Below are positions 47,521 through 50,000 of a DNA stretch of 50,000 nt, piece by piece. This stretch comes from Polypterus senegalus (taxonomy: Eukaryota). Location of the stretch: assembly GCF_016835505.1 (NCBI RefSeq), contig NW_024382994.1, positions 1 to 50,000 of the forward strand. The letters are read 5' to 3'. Position 1 is the first letter of the stretch. Each line of letters starts with the position of its first letter. The translations under genes were made by a program, and so were the position numbers. The notes below the pieces were generated by a model. That model had not been told where the DNA came from. It did not search any database and saw only the letters and a list, made by a program, of their open reading frames with translations.

Positions 47521-49224
47521 ACTACTCTAGTAGTTATACCTAAATCAATATATACTCCTAGACTTTTACAATGGTAAGAACTTCCATCTGGACTGAAATT
47601 TTTCAATTTTTTGTGCTACTGTTCTCACCACTCACATTCTCACAGAAACACACACTTTTCAGAAGATGCCACCACATGTGTCAGGTACACTGTTACATAT
47701 CAAGGTGCCAAAGCGGTTCTTCAGAGCAATGTGTAGATGCCATAATGGGTGCGCAGAAATCCTGACTGGGATGAAGAATTAAAATCTTACCTGGCCCTGA
47801 CACCACAATGGAAGGACAACATATATGGAGGTACAACCCGACCAGCATGGCATCTAATTGTGATCCCAGTAGGGGATAAAGACTAATGGATGGACTGAGG
47901 ACATAATCTACTGAAGACAATTCACACCCGCCTATGACAAATGGCAGTGCCTCTCTGGCATAGTCCCAGGTTGGGCACCTGCAGGGTTGCGATGGGACCT
48001 GTAGTTCTGAAGAGCAACCCTGTTGGATTCCTTGGGTGCCACCAGAGGGTGCTGCTGGCAGAAGTCCTCCACATTTTGGGGAGCTTCCAAATGACTGAGA
48101 ACTGCTTCTGTGGTGTAAGGCTACCACTCTTGGGTCCAAAACTCAAAGAAGCCACCTCACCTTGATCAGGGAGTCGGCATCGAGAAGCAGAGGAGAAAAT
48201 TCTTTGTAAGAGTAGAACGAGTGAGGTTTGTGGTCCTTCATTTCTGCTTACCTGTGTATTAAGTTACTGTGATTGATAAGAGAAACACTATTTGAACCTG
48301 CAACTGTGTTGGGTGTGATTGTGTCTGAGGTTTGGGGCTCAGTGGTGCCCCCTATTGGTTACGTAGGCCGTAATGGGATCATTTTTGGTTCACAAAACTA
48401 CCCGAGGGTTCTAGGAGGAACTTTACATACACAACAGGTTCCATTAATAATCAGGAATAGATGACAGATTTATGAAACCTCAATGGATTCCTGGTTTTCA
48501 AAACACCCTTGATGCATACAATCATACAGGCTCAGTTCAGATGCCCTTGATCTGTTAGTATCCTGCCTACTACACATTAAAAAAAGGCTTCCATTTTGTT
48601 CACACATTGGAAACCTTGACAAAGCCCTAAGAACCAACTCTGTATGTAAAGAAGTCTTCACAGAATGAAGCAAATCTTTTCACGCAAAGGCTCTAGCAGC
48701 AACTGCACAACCCGGTAAGAGGCCATTACAGAACCAGGATTTAATTCAGAGTGTAATTCTGCATACAGTGATTGGCTTAATGAGCGACATGAAACTCTGC
48801 TGCATCTTGAATATAATCTGGAGGTACAAAATCAAATGTCCATCTGTGGGTTTGTCTGCTCCTTATACAATCCTACACCAGTTGACCCATCTGCACCAAT
48901 TTTTGCATAGTTGCCCTTTAGGATGATGCGGGCAGATAGACGACTTTGGGACCCAAAATTCTGATCCTTGGAGCCCCAGTGTTTTTCTCTCTTGTGTGCT
49001 GCTAAGCACTGCCACCTGCTGGCTCAGAGCAGGTGAAACATCCAAACAGACTGAAGCCAGACGAGCAGACGGAGCAGAACACGACGTTCCCGGACAACAC
49101 CGTGCGCTGCTTCTGTCCGATCTACTGACGGGCTTGGGGTCGTTGTTGGGTGATGCTGAGGGGACTGGGCGGTCTCGGTCTGGAACCCCTACAGATTTTA
49201 TTTTTTTCTCCAGCCTTTGGAGTT

Positions 49225-49412
49225 TTTTTTTGTTTTTTCTGTCCACCCTGGCCATCGCACCTTACTCTCTATGTTAATTAATGTTGACTTATGTTTATTT
49301 TTTATTGTGTCTTCTATTTCTCTATTCATTTTGTAAAGCACTTTGAGCTACATTTTTTTTGTATGAATATGTGCTATATAAATAAATGTTGATTGATTGA
49401 TTGATTGATTGA
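49225..49412 (+). repeat. retroposon 3'-tail repeat ending in (ATTG)6
   Basis: See 2263-2455. The same tail motif occurs at 11041-11100 and 46730-46760. Confidence 0.55.
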
Positions 49413-50000
49413 TTGCTAATCGAGAGTGGAGGTGCGGCGCAACACAAAGGAGAATCAAAGGACCGTTGTTTAAGTCCTGCTTGGTCGGCTTTGGTGATGT
49501 TTATTTGGAATTCGAGTGCTGCGAACTGTCCATCTTGAACTAAGGGGGGCGAGTCAGACATTTATGGTTACAACTCAACGAGGAGTTACAGAAATTCTGG
49601 AATCCAGTCGGACCCAAAAAGAACAAAAAGTTCTTGACTCACGAGAGCCGATACATTACTTGAGAGGCAGGGTGGATGGGAGAACAAGCAAAAAACAGGG
49701 TCACCATTTAAAAAAGGTGCCTCGTTTACTTATCGGAGTTTATTTGCAGAATAGGTTAACTGACCTCGGTTAGCTAGCTAGCTCTCTCTCATATAATAAA
49801 AGTGTAGGGGGCTTTGCCCCAAGCTCGCTTCGCTCACCCCCGCGCCATCCACTTTGCGTCCCTGACTCTGGCGTTGTGAAGCGATTATCCGAAACCCCCT
49901 CTTAAACGGTGATACAATGGGAAACAAACACATTTTTTAACCTCACCTCTCTCTATCTATCGATACACATACATATCAGAAGTAGCAACTGTATTTGAAA

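Noticed and set aside
47693-48139. 148 aa minus ORF
   Set aside because: I see no recognisable homology, no flanking splice signals and no codon-usage signal. It is a probable chance ORF in intergenic DNA.

Overview
This 50 kb window is vertebrate nuclear DNA from a fish, with spliced genes, CpG islands and retroposons. The abundant ~330 bp SINE with a 'ccatccatccatt...ggtcacgggggtctgctggagccaatcccagccaacacagg' head and an internal (CA)n resembles repeats I associate with polypterid (bichir/reedfish) genomes. That attribution is from memory only. The window holds three protein-coding genes and one tRNA gene. (1) Major vault protein (mvp) is on the + strand. I reconstructed 16 coding exons (3530..19276, 857 aa) with canonical GT-AG boundaries throughout, and the protein aligns along its whole length to the human MVP sequence as I recall it. 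A 7 kb intron 1 is full of TEs, and an AATAAA follows at 19419. (2) A class I fructose-bisphosphate aldolase lies on the - strand (8 coding exons, 39340..37433, 364 aa). I call it aldoa-like; it keeps several ALDOC-like ancestral residues. It is convergent with mvp. The mvp/aldolase adjacency echoes human 16p11.2 (MVP ... ALDOA). (3) Between the two 3' ends sits a small + strand gene that I cannot assign to any family. It has at least 3 coding exons (29104..33249) encoding about 159 aa: a Ser/Pro-rich N-terminus, one predicted transmembrane helix, then an ~82 aa tail with 23 cysteines (CDC, CxC and DCC motifs). The last exon ends at a stop followed by AATAAA. This gene and a recently inserted SINE with a 12 bp TSD lie inside an ~8.4 kb segment flanked by ~535-580 bp inverted copies of an unclassified repeat (26058-26640 + and 35050-35585 -). 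(4) A tRNA-Gly(TCC) gene lies on the - strand (44478..44549) with a downstream T-run. The remainder is repeat-rich. It includes L2-type LINE RT fragments, at least six copies or fragments of the SINE, a tRNA-derived SINE with the fish 'gctatataaat' tail, hairpin MITE clusters, a 50-60 bp satellite-like tandem family bounded by 'ttggtatagttggcaggat' termini, and several microsatellites. CpG-rich candidate promoters are at ~23.2-23.7 kb, ~40.7-41.5 kb (aldolase 5' region) and ~44.9-45.3 kb. There are no prokaryotic features and no CRISPR.
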